This document shows, one piece after another, positions 52,538 through 60,667 of a DNA stretch of 64,000 nucleotides. The notes beneath the pieces were generated by a model that was given only the letters and a program-made list of their open reading frames with translations, was not told the DNA's origin and did not search any database. Both the position numbers and the translations under genes were made by a program. This DNA comes from Polyangia bacterium (GTDB lineage Bacteria > Myxococcota_A > Polyangia > Fen-1088): assembly GCA_036494575.1 (NCBI GenBank), contig DASXOE010000092.1:1732-65731 (forward strand). The letters run 5' to 3'. Positions within the stretch are counted from its first letter, which is position 1, and each line of letters starts with the position of its first letter.

Positions 52538-53998
52538 ATGACCGCGGATCTCACGCTCCTCACGCGCGCTGTGCTCTGCATGGGCGCGGCGGCCGTCTTG
52601 TGCGGCGGCTGCAACCCACCGCCCGCCGTGGCCCTGCTGCCGCCGTCCTCGCTGCAAGATCCCGCGACCTGCCGGGAGTGCCACCCGGCGCAGTTCAAGC
52701 AGTGGGCGGGCAGCATGCACGCGTACGCGTCGGAGGACCCCGTGTTCCTCGCCATGAACAAGCGCGGCCAGCGCGAGACGAACGGCGCGCTCGGCGATTT
52801 TTGCGTGCAGTGCCACGCGCCCGTGGCCGTCCAGCAGAAGCTCACGACCGACGGCCTGAACCTGGCGCAGGTGCCAGCCGCCGCCAAGGGAGTGACGTGC
52901 TTCTTCTGTCACTCGGCGGCCTCGGTGGACGGGACCCACAACAACCCGCTCACCCTCGCGGCGGACGGGGAGAGCCTCTTCGGGCCCTTTTCCGATCCGG
53001 TTCCGGGTTCGCCGCACAAGGTGAGCCATTCGAATCTCCTCGACGACCTGAGGCCGGAGTCCGCCGCGGCCTGCGGGAGCTGCCACGACATCGTCAATTC
53101 GCACGGCGCGGCGATCGAGAGGACCTTTCAGGAGTGGCAGGGGACCCTCTTCGCGATTCCGCCGAACGGCCAGACCTGCGCGGCCTGCCACATGCCGGGA
53201 CAGGACGCCCCCGCCGCCGCGACGACGACGAAGGTGCGGCGCATTCACGACCACAGCCTGCCGGGCGTCGATCTGGCCCTGACGCCTTTCCCTGACACCG
53301 ACGCGCAGAAGCAAGCGGTCCAGACGCTCATCGATCCGACGCTGCTGACCTCCGTGTGCTTTCGGCCCGGAGCGGGCGACATCGAGGTCGATCTCGACAA
53401 CGCAGGCGCGGGCCATGGTTTCCCGAGCGGCGCCAGCCAGGATCGCCGCGTCTGGGTCGAGGTCACGGCGTTCGCCGGCGGAGAGGTCATCTACGAGAGC
53501 GGCGTGCCGGCCGCGGGTCAGACGGTCGAGTCGGCGCCGGATCCTGATCTCTGGATGATCCGCGACTGCATGTTCGGCGACGACGGGAGCCCGGTGAACA
53601 TGTTCTGGCAGGCGGCGTCGTTCACGACGAACGAGCTGCCGGGGTCGGTGATGTTGACGGTGACCGATCCGACCTCGTTCACTAAGACGCACATCAAGAA
53701 CGTCTATCCCGGCGGCGGCGCCAAGCTCAGCCAGACGCCCGATCGCATCTCCGTGAAGGTTCACATCAAGGCGATCGCCGACGAGGTGCTCCAGGACCTC
53801 GTGGCGAGTGGCGATCTGGACGCGAGCTTCATGGGGCCATTGCCCACGCTCACGCCGGCGAGTGGAACCATCGAGTGGACCTCGAACGCCCGGACCGTTC
53901 CTGGCATCGATCCGCCCATCTCCTGCGTCGTCGGCGGCGGAAATCCCTTCCGCGAATCGCCGAACGTCGCGAAGAGCAACGCCCGCTGCGTCCGCTGA
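52538..53998 (+). CDS. pentaheme c-type cytochrome lipoprotein
   Basis: Lipobox VLCGGC. Five CxxCH motifs: CRECH, CVQCH, CFFCH, CGSCH and CAACH. CRECHPAQFKQWAGSMHA is typical of multiheme cytochrome families. Confidence 0.85.
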   Translation: MTADLTLLTRAVLCMGAAAVLCGGCNPPPAVALLPPSSLQDPATCRECHPAQFKQWAGSMHAYASEDPVFLAMNKRGQRETNGALGDFCVQCHAPVAVQQKLTTDGLNLAQVPAAAKGVTCFFCHSAASVDGTHNNPLTLAADGESLFGPFSDPVPGSPHKVSHSNLLDDLRPESAAACGSCHDIVNSHGAAIERTFQEWQGTLFAIPPNGQTCAACHMPGQDAPAAATTTKVRRIHDHSLPGVDLALTPFPDTDAQKQAVQTLIDPTLLTSVCFRPGAGDIEVDLDNAGAGHGFPSGASQDRRVWVEVTAFAGGEVIYESGVPAAGQTVESAPDPDLWMIRDCMFGDDGSPVNMFWQAASFTTNELPGSVMLTVTDPTSFTKTHIKNVYPGGGAKLSQTPDRISVKVHIKAIADEVLQDLVASGDLDASFMGPLPTLTPASGTIEWTSNARTVPGIDPPISCVVGGGNPFRESPNVAKSNARCVR

Positions 53999-54041
53999 CG
54001 AACGCTGCTCGCCGATGGCACGAAAAGAGGTGGCACGATAG

Positions 54042-54233
54042 GACATCCTGTCGCGATCGGGCGAGGCGTTTCGCTACGAGACGATCGAGTCCGAGGGCGT
54101 CATCCTCGATGGCATCCGAGTGCGTGTCGCGACGCCTCGGATGCTCTATCGCATGAAGAAGGACACTGTTCGGCCGCAGGCTCGCTTGGACGCCGAGACC
54201 ATTCGCCGGCAATTCGGCCTCACGGAGGAATGA
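54042..54233 (+). pseudogene. 5'-truncated fragment of a small nucleotidyltransferase-like (TA-type) gene
   Basis: A 63-codon open frame (DILSRSGEAFRYETIESEGVILDGIRVRVATPRMLYRMKKDTVRPQARLDAETIRRQFGLTEE) begins immediately after an in-frame TAG and has no start codon. Its stop overlaps the next ATG (ATGA at 54230-54233). Confidence 0.4.
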
Positions 54234-54424
54234 TGGGCGTTCGCAAATTTCGATCGGTTGCGGACATGCCCGGCCCGCCGGTCCTCGCGCGACTCGACCC
54301 GGAGAACCTGCGCATGGCCTTCGGGCTCTCGTCGGTCGCGACGGCCTTCCGCCCGATCCGCCTGCAGCCCGGCGTCCGTAAGTTTCGATCGTGGGACGAG
54401 CTCCAGGTGGCCCGGCGGCGATAG
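54230..54424 (+). CDS. small hypothetical protein with internal GVRKFRS duplication
   Basis: A 64-aa ORF coupled by ATGA to the upstream fragment, with GGAGG just upstream. GVRKFRS occurs at both ends of the protein. Confidence 0.4.
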   Translation: MMGVRKFRSVADMPGPPVLARLDPENLRMAFGLSSVATAFRPIRLQPGVRKFRSWDELQVARRR

Positions 54425-54474
54425 CGGGAGTGTGGCTGTGCTAGAGGTTCGGGGCGGGGTTCAGGTCGACGCGG

Positions 54475-55041
54475 TCAACCGGGGATGCAGACGTTGAAGA
54501 CGACGCTGTCAGGGTGCAGCTGCGAGCTCGAGCCGCCGTCGGAGTCCGGTGCGCTGAGGTTCAGCGTGATCTGCCAGAAGCCGCTCATGTAAAGGTAGAG
54601 CGGGCTGATGACGTAGCGACCACCACCCGCGTCGGTCGTCACCGGCGTGATGGACGTGCCGTGTCCGTGATCGGGCATTTTCGGCACCGCTTCGATCGTC
54701 AAGCCGTCGACGACCTGGCCGGAGGCGTCGCGGACCTCGAGATCCCAGGTGTTCGAGCCCCGGACCCACGAGCCGGGGGGATTCTGCGCGTCGGCCGCGC
54801 CTGGCCGGTTGTCGATCAGGGTCACGGCAAGCTGGCCAGTGCGCTCGGGCGTGCCCGGCGCGTACGGCGTCGCGCGTGTCTCCTTGGTGCAGTCGACGAA
54901 CTGCGAGAGCGAGCTCGAGCCGTCGGTCGAATCGGAGCCGGCGCTGCATCCGGCGCTCCCGAGCCAACCCGCCGCCAAGAGCAAGGCGGCCAGCCCGTGC
55001 GCTTGTCGAAGAACCAAAGAGCGCATCCATGAACTATACAC
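54475..55041 (-). CDS. YtkA-like (Ig-fold) lipoprotein
   Basis: Lipobox LGSAGCSAGS (the start may be 55041 or 55026). NTWDLEVRDASGQVVDGLTIEAVPKMPDHGHGTSITPVTTDAGGGRYVISPLYLYMSGFWQITLNL is the YtkA-like pattern. Confidence 0.7.
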   Translation of the reverse strand: MYSSWMRSLVLRQAHGLAALLLAAGWLGSAGCSAGSDSTDGSSSLSQFVDCTKETRATPYAPGTPERTGQLAVTLIDNRPGAADAQNPPGSWVRGSNTWDLEVRDASGQVVDGLTIEAVPKMPDHGHGTSITPVTTDAGGGRYVISPLYLYMSGFWQITLNLSAPDSDGGSSSQLHPDSVVFNVCIPG

Positions 55042-55327
55042 GGGCCACGGCCGCGAGGTTACGCAGAGGCGAATCTGCCCGGCCTGAAACGAGCTAGAGG
55101 TAGGGAGAGGAAGCAGATCCGCGAGGAGCGGCGTGCCCGTTTTTTTCGGGCAGGGTTGGGGGGCCCGGCACCACTCCTCGCGAATCCATCATCCTGCTCC
55201 TTGTCACTGCAAGTCGTCGGCCAGCTTTCAAAGCCCGGAGAACTGCGGTTTTGCCGGTGAAGTGACGGCATTCCGTCGGCCCGGCGGGGCCGCGGCCGTC
55301 GGATCGTCTCGCGCGTGTCCGGTAGCC

Positions 55328-55840
55328 TCAGTGTGACGATCGCCGCCAGAGGTCCTGCATGGCGACGCCCATGTCGACGAGCGTCTGGTCGGCTTGGCGC
55401 AGGCGGCGGCTGATCTCGCGCGCAATGTTCAGCATCAAGAGCGTGTAAACCTCGAGGTCGGTCTTGTAGAGGCGCGTGATGGCCGCCTGATCCAGGACGA
55501 AGAGAGTCGCAGCGCCCAGCGCGCGCACGGTGGCCGAGCGGGCCTGAACGTCGATGAGCGACATCTCGCCGACGCAGTCGCCCCGCTTCATGACGGCCAG
55601 GCAGAACTCGGCGCCGTTGCGACCGCGCTTGCAGATCTCGAGCTCGCCGTCGCAGAGGACGAAGACGCCCACGGAGAGGTCGCCTTCCTCGATCACGCTC
55701 TGCCCGGCCTCGATGCGAATGATCCGCGCCGCCGCGAAGATCTTCTCGAGAACGGCGTCCGACAGGCCGGCGAAGATCGCGGTCTGCGCCAGGAGCGCGC
55801 GATCCACCGCCTCGACCGTGATCACGCCCGAGCCGTCCAT
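55328..55840 (-). CDS. cyclic-nucleotide-binding domain protein
   Basis: GDLSVGVFVLCDGELEI ... GDCVGEMSLIDVQARSATVRA is the cNMP-binding beta-barrel with its phosphate-binding-cassette-like segment. No output domain is present. Confidence 0.8.
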   Translation of the reverse strand: MDGSGVITVEAVDRALLAQTAIFAGLSDAVLEKIFAAARIIRIEAGQSVIEEGDLSVGVFVLCDGELEICKRGRNGAEFCLAVMKRGDCVGEMSLIDVQARSATVRALGAATLFVLDQAAITRLYKTDLEVYTLLMLNIAREISRRLRQADQTLVDMGVAMQDLWRRSSH

Positions 55841-55876
55841 GGGCCCAATCCTACGCCCGCGGGCGGGGCGCCGAAA

Positions 55877-57031
55877 TCAGGTCGAGCGTGCCGCCTTTGG
55901 CTGCGACGCGCCCACGGGCGTGGCGACGATCTGGAAGAGGTTGTGCTGCCGGGCGCGGAAATACGCGGCGCTCGTCAGCAGGTAGTATTTCCACATGCGA
56001 TAGAACCGATCGCCGTAGCGCGCGCGCAGCGAGGGCCACGCGGCGTCGAAGCTCTCCCACCACGCCATGAGCGTCCGATCGTAGTGCTCGCCCAGGTTCT
56101 GCACGTCCTCGGTGACGAGGATGTCCTCCATGGACGTCGCGAGCTGACCGAGGGTTGGGATGGCGGCGTTGGGGAAGATGTATTTCTCGAAGAAGGGATC
56201 GATGCGCGCGCGCGGGCGATTGCCGCCGATCGTGTGAATGAACACGACGCCGCCGGGCGCGAGGAGGCGCGCCGCCAGCTCCATGTAGCCCCTGTGGTTC
56301 TTGGGGCCGACGTGCTCCATGAGCCCGATCGAGACCACGGCGTCGTACGTGCCGGTGGCGTTTCGGTAGTCGTCGAGGCGGATCTCGACGGGCAGCGACG
56401 CGTAATGCTCGGAGGCCCACGCCGCCTGCTCCTTCGACACGGTGTACCCGACGACCTTGGCGCCCGTGCGCTCGGCGGCGAACGCCGCGAAGCCGCCCCA
56501 TCCGCAGCCGAGATCGAGGATCCTCATGCCGGGCCGAAGACCGATCTTGCGGCAGACGAGATCGAGCTTGGCCTCTTGCGCGGCGTCCAGCGTGTCCGCG
56601 TTCTTCCAGTAGGCGCATGTGTACGCCATGCGAGAGCCCAGCATGGCCCGGTAGAGATCGTTGCCAACGTCGTAGTGACGCTCGCCCACCTCGAAGGGAC
56701 GCGCGACTTGCAAGTTGAAGAGGCGCGCCTTGACGGCCTGGGCGAGCAAGACCCAGCTGTCCTCGACGACGAGGTTGGCCCGCGAGAGCACGAGCTTCGT
56801 GACCATCTGGTCGAGGGACGCGCAGTCCCACCAACCATCGACGTAGGATTCGCCCACGCCGAGGGTGCTGTCGCGCAACACGCGCGCGTACGTCCGCGCG
56901 TCGTGGATCTGGATATCCCAGGGCGCGTCGCCGCCCACGGCGATGCCGGCGTTCGCGAGGATCTCGCGCATCACGTCGGCGGCGCGCCGATCGTCGAACG
57001 TGGAGAGCAGCTTTCGCGCGGCGCCGTTCAC
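55877..57031 (-). CDS. cyclopropane-fatty-acyl-phospholipid synthase-like SAM-dependent methyltransferase
   Basis: HYDVGNDLYRAMLGSRMAYTCAYW and ILDLGCGWGGFAAFAAE (SAM motif I). The preferred GTG start at 57031 overlaps the upstream stop (GTGA at 57028-57031); the ORF opens at 57067. Confidence 0.85.
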   Translation of the reverse strand: MNGAARKLLSTFDDRRAADVMREILANAGIAVGGDAPWDIQIHDARTYARVLRDSTLGVGESYVDGWWDCASLDQMVTKLVLSRANLVVEDSWVLLAQAVKARLFNLQVARPFEVGERHYDVGNDLYRAMLGSRMAYTCAYWKNADTLDAAQEAKLDLVCRKIGLRPGMRILDLGCGWGGFAAFAAERTGAKVVGYTVSKEQAAWASEHYASLPVEIRLDDYRNATGTYDAVVSIGLMEHVGPKNHRGYMELAARLLAPGGVVFIHTIGGNRPRARIDPFFEKYIFPNAAIPTLGQLATSMEDILVTEDVQNLGEHYDRTLMAWWESFDAAWPSLRARYGDRFYRMWKYYLLTSAAYFRARQHNLFQIVATPVGASQPKAARST

Positions 57032-58239
57032 GCGGGGCCCGCCTGCGGGGCGCGGCGGCGCAGCCACTTCTCCGCGACGTCGAGCCCGAGATCGACCAGA
57101 CGCGGCGCCGGCATCCGGGCGCCCGAGAACATCCAGGCGAAGCCCTTGGAGACGGCGCGCCCGCGCAGGCGCGCCACCGAACGCGCGGCGCGGCCCGCAG
57201 GCGGACGGCCCCGTCGCGGTCGATGAACGAAGGAGGTCGCCGCCTCCCTCAGGCGGAAGATGCGCCTGTAGTCCTCGATTACGGCGTGGGCGCCGAGGCG
57301 GGCCGGGTAGCTGGCCGGGTCACCGGCGAGGATGGCCTCGGCCAGCACGCGGCCCGACACCACGGCTGGCAAGATGCCCTCGGCCGTCAGCGGCTGGGCC
57401 AGGCCCAGGCTGTCACCGCAGAGATAGGCGCCGCCCTTGCCGTCGTCGTCCACCCGCGCGGCGCCCTCGAGGTGAGCCGGGTCGTAGAGGAAATAGGAAT
57501 GGCCCTTCATCGCCTTGGGCTCGAGCTCGGGAGCGGTCTCGGCGGGTACGTGCCCGGTGGCCTGGAAATGCGCGCGCGCCATCTGCCAAGCGGCGCGCAC
57601 CTCGGTGGGATCGACGGTGCCGGTTCCCACGTTGAGCCAGTCGGTCTTGGGCACATTCCAGGAGTAACCGCGGAGGTCGTCGTGCAGGAGCAGCTCGGGC
57701 TCGCCGTCGCCGCCGACGCGGGTGCGGGCGATGGCGGCGGCGTCGGCGCGAAACTCGTGCTCCTGCGCGCCCACGGCGGCGCTCGGCCGCCGCGGGGCGT
57801 AGAGGCGGGCCACCGGGCAGTGCGTCCCGGCCGCGCCGACGAGGTGACGCGCGCGCAAGCCGGCGACGGACCACAGGCCGTCGGCGTCACGCTCGAGCTC
57901 GCGGATCGCCGTTCCGACACGGAGCTCGGCGCCGCTCCGTCGCAGGAGGAAGTCGTCGAGCTCGAAGCGCCGGATGAACCAACCGCGGCAGCGCAGCGCC
58001 CGCTCCTCGCCCCCGTAGCGGACATGGCAGGTGTTCCACTCCCAAAGACCGCCCGAGTATTCGCGCGGCGACAGCGCGAGCGCGTCCCAGATCGGCGTCG
58101 ACAGCCAGCCGCCGCACAGCTTTACGCGGGGGAACTCCGCCCGATCGACGATGGCCACGCGGGCCCCGCCGCGCGCGAGGAAGCGCGCGCACGTGCTGCC
58201 CGCGGGCCCCCCTCCGACGACGATGACGTCGCAGACCAT
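57028..58239 (-). CDS. FAD-dependent oxidoreductase (geranylgeranyl-reductase/FixC-like)
   Basis: The N-terminal CDVIVVGGGPAGSTCARFLARGGARVAIVDRAEFPRVKLCGG is a dinucleotide-binding GxGxxG fold of the GG-reductase type. Confidence 0.8.
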   Translation of the reverse strand: MVCDVIVVGGGPAGSTCARFLARGGARVAIVDRAEFPRVKLCGGWLSTPIWDALALSPREYSGGLWEWNTCHVRYGGEERALRCRGWFIRRFELDDFLLRRSGAELRVGTAIRELERDADGLWSVAGLRARHLVGAAGTHCPVARLYAPRRPSAAVGAQEHEFRADAAAIARTRVGGDGEPELLLHDDLRGYSWNVPKTDWLNVGTGTVDPTEVRAAWQMARAHFQATGHVPAETAPELEPKAMKGHSYFLYDPAHLEGAARVDDDGKGGAYLCGDSLGLAQPLTAEGILPAVVSGRVLAEAILAGDPASYPARLGAHAVIEDYRRIFRLREAATSFVHRPRRGRPPAGRAARSVARLRGRAVSKGFAWMFSGARMPAPRLVDLGLDVAEKWLRRRAPQAGPA

Positions 58240-58277
58240 CTGCGGGGGAAGGTAGCCCGCCTCGGGGCCGCGCGGAC

Positions 58278-58306
58278 AAAAAAAGGGGGCTTCGGAAGGC
58301 CGCCCC
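58278..58306 (-). terminator. putative rho-independent terminator
   Basis: On the minus strand, an imperfect GC-rich hairpin (GGGGC ... GCCCC) is followed directly by TTTTTTT (A-run at 58278-58284 on the + strand). It lies downstream of the small ORF/ftsH unit and just before the next gene start at 58239. A second perfect 10-bp hairpin lies at 58327-58351. Confidence 0.45.
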
Positions 58307-58356
58307 GAGGGGCCTCGAGGTGCAAGCCCCGCCGGCTCTCGGCCGGCGGGGATGCC

Positions 58357-58539
58357 TCAGTGCTGCCCGTGGCCGTGGTGCCAGTTGACGACTACGGCCT
58401 TGGCCGCCAACGCTGCCAGGCCCACGAGCATGAGCAAAGTCGCCGTCGGTCCTGCACCGTGAGCGAACCGAAAGCCTGCCAGGTCGAGGCAGACCATCAG
58501 TATCGACGCACTAAAGAAAACCAGCGCGGCATACAGCAT
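58357..58539 (-). CDS. small two-TM membrane protein with His-rich tail
   Basis: The ATG at 58539 is preceded by GGAGGGG. The 60-aa product is MLYAALVFFSASILMVCLDLAGF...LLMLVGLAALAAKAVVVNWHHGHGQH. Confidence 0.5.
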   Translation of the reverse strand: MLYAALVFFSASILMVCLDLAGFRFAHGAGPTATLLMLVGLAALAAKAVVVNWHHGHGQH

Positions 58540-58654
58540 GAATCCCCTCCTCTCGTAAGGAGAGTTACGCATACGCAGTGCCAAGCCAAAGTGGCGCGAA
58601 CGATGGGGGGTTGGGCCCGACGACGTCACGGCGGGGTAACGTCATGACACCGTC

Positions 58655-60583
58655 TCAGATTCGACCGATCGGCTCGGGCGGCGGCGCTGGAGGATCCTGG
58701 GTCGGGAGGCGCGGGCCGAGCAGCGCGGTGAGCTCCTCGCGATCCAACGATTCGTGCTCGAGGAGGCTCGCACAGAGTCTGTCGAGCTCGGCGCGATGCG
58801 CATCGATCGTCTTCGTCGCCTCGTCGAGCGCCCGACTGAGGACCTTGCGCGCCTCCTCCTCGATGGCGGCCGCCGTCGCGGCGCTGACTCCTCCGTCGAC
58901 GGCCATGCGCCGCCCCAGAAACGGATGCTCGGCGTCTTGCTCGTAGTACACCGGGCCGAGACGGGCGCTCATGCCGAAGTTGGCCACCATGCGAGAGGCC
59001 AGCCGCGTGGCTTCCTTCAGATCGTTCTCGGCGCCCGTCGAGAGGCTCTCGAGCACGACCCGCTCGGCCGAATAGCCTCCCATGAGCACGCGGATGCGCG
59101 CGACGAGCTCCGGCTCCGACATGACGTGGCGATCGCTGCCGGGATTCTGGTGCGTGGCGCCGAGAGTCATGCCGCGCGGGATGACGCTGACCCTCTGCGG
59201 CGGCTCCACGTCGGACGAGAAGTGCGCGACGACGGCGTGACCGGATTCGTGGATGGCGACCCGTCGCTTCTCTTTCGGCTCGAGCCTCGCCTCGCTGGGA
59301 TCGCCGAGCACGATCTTGTCGAAGGCGTCGGAGAAATCAGCCGCCGTGATCTGCTCCCGGTCGGCGCGCGTCGCCGCGAGCGCGGCCTCGTTCACGAGGT
59401 TCGCGAGGTCCGCGCCCGAGAAGCCGGCGGTTCTCTCGGCGAGGGCGTTCGAGTCGATGTCGGGCGCGAGCGGCTTGCCCCGCGTGTGCACGCCGAGGAT
59501 GGCCTTGCGAGCGGCCAGCTCGGGTCGGTCGACGAGGATGCGGCGATCGAAGCGTCCGGGGCGCAGGAGGGCAGGGTCGAGGACGTCCGGACGGTTCGTG
59601 GCGGCCATGACGACGACCAGCTCGGAGCGATCGAAGCCGTCCATCTCGGAGAGGAGCTGATTGAGCGTCTGCTCGCGTTCGTCGTTCCCGCCGCCGAGAC
59701 CCGCGCCCCGGGAGCGGCCAACGGCGTCGATCTCGTCGATGAAGACGATGGCGGGCGCGCTCTTCTTGGCTTCGGCGAACAGCTCCCGGACGCGGGAGGC
59801 GCCGAGTCCCACGAAGAGCTCGATGAACTCGGAGGCGCTTATGGAGATGAACGGGACGCCCGACTCTCCTGCCACGGCGCGCGCCAGCAGGGTCTTCCCG
59901 GTCCCGGGCGGACCGACGAGCAGCACCCCGCGCGGCGCTTTGCCTCCGAGGCGCCGAAATCGTGCCGGCTCCTTGAGGAACTTCACGATCTCGAGGAGGT
60001 CGTTCTTGGCCGCCTTGAGGCCGGCGATGTCGTCGAACGTCACGTTCACGGACGTCGCCTTGTCGAACTTGCGCCCCGGGCTCTTGAGGAATCCGCCCAG
60101 CGGCCCACCCGTGCTCAGCATCCCGCGCGCGCGACGGGACATCCACGCCCAGGCCGCGAGGATGAGCACCCAAGGCAGCAGCGTCAGCACGACCTGGACG
60201 GCGAAGGGCTGCCGCTGGCTGTTGACCGTGACGCGCACGCCTTTGTCGCGCAGGAGGGGCAACCAAGCGGCGTCGTTCGCGGGCAGGTTCGTACGGAACG
60301 TCTGGACGGTCTTGCCGTCGAGAGTCTCGGGTTTCGCGAGGGTCGTGGAGGCGGTGTCCCCCGCGAGCACGATCGACTTGACCTTGCCCTGCCGTACCCA
60401 GTCGAAGAGCTGCGAGTAGGCGACGGCCGCTTCTTCTTGGCCCTCCATCGTGCTCTTCCAGAACCACATCGCTCCGATCATCAGCGCCAGGAGGAGCAGC
60501 GTCCGGCGCGAGGTGCTCGGCTCGGATCCGCCGGGCGCCGGAGGGGGCGTGGCCGGGGTGGGCCTGGGTGACGGTGACGGCAT
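58655..60583 (-). CDS. ftsH: ATP-dependent zinc metalloprotease FtsH
   Basis: Two N-terminal TM segments, AAA+ Walker [18 protein letters not shown], Walker [10 protein letters not shown], the SRH region, and the zinc site HESGHAV. Confidence 0.95.
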   Translation of the reverse strand: MPSPSPRPTPATPPPAPGGSEPSTSRRTLLLLALMIGAMWFWKSTMEGQEEAAVAYSQLFDWVRQGKVKSIVLAGDTASTTLAKPETLDGKTVQTFRTNLPANDAAWLPLLRDKGVRVTVNSQRQPFAVQVVLTLLPWVLILAAWAWMSRRARGMLSTGGPLGGFLKSPGRKFDKATSVNVTFDDIAGLKAAKNDLLEIVKFLKEPARFRRLGGKAPRGVLLVGPPGTGKTLLARAVAGESGVPFISISASEFIELFVGLGASRVRELFAEAKKSAPAIVFIDEIDAVGRSRGAGLGGGNDEREQTLNQLLSEMDGFDRSELVVVMAATNRPDVLDPALLRPGRFDRRILVDRPELAARKAILGVHTRGKPLAPDIDSNALAERTAGFSGADLANLVNEAALAATRADREQITAADFSDAFDKIVLGDPSEARLEPKEKRRVAIHESGHAVVAHFSSDVEPPQRVSVIPRGMTLGATHQNPGSDRHVMSEPELVARIRVLMGGYSAERVVLESLSTGAENDLKEATRLASRMVANFGMSARLGPVYYEQDAEHPFLGRRMAVDGGVSAATAAAIEEEARKVLSRALDEATKTIDAHRAELDRLCASLLEHESLDREELTALLGPRLPTQDPPAPPPEPIGRI

Positions 60584-60667
60584 GTTGGGTCCTCGCGAGG
60601 TCCCGGCCGAGCGCCCGTGCGCATGGCGGAAGACCCCCCTGAACCCTAAACACTCGCCGCGGCGTGG

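Noticed and set aside
55134-55152. Hairpin TGCCCG-TTTTTTT-CGGGCA, considered as a terminator.
   Set aside because: The T-run forms the loop rather than following the stem, on either strand. This is not the intrinsic-terminator geometry.
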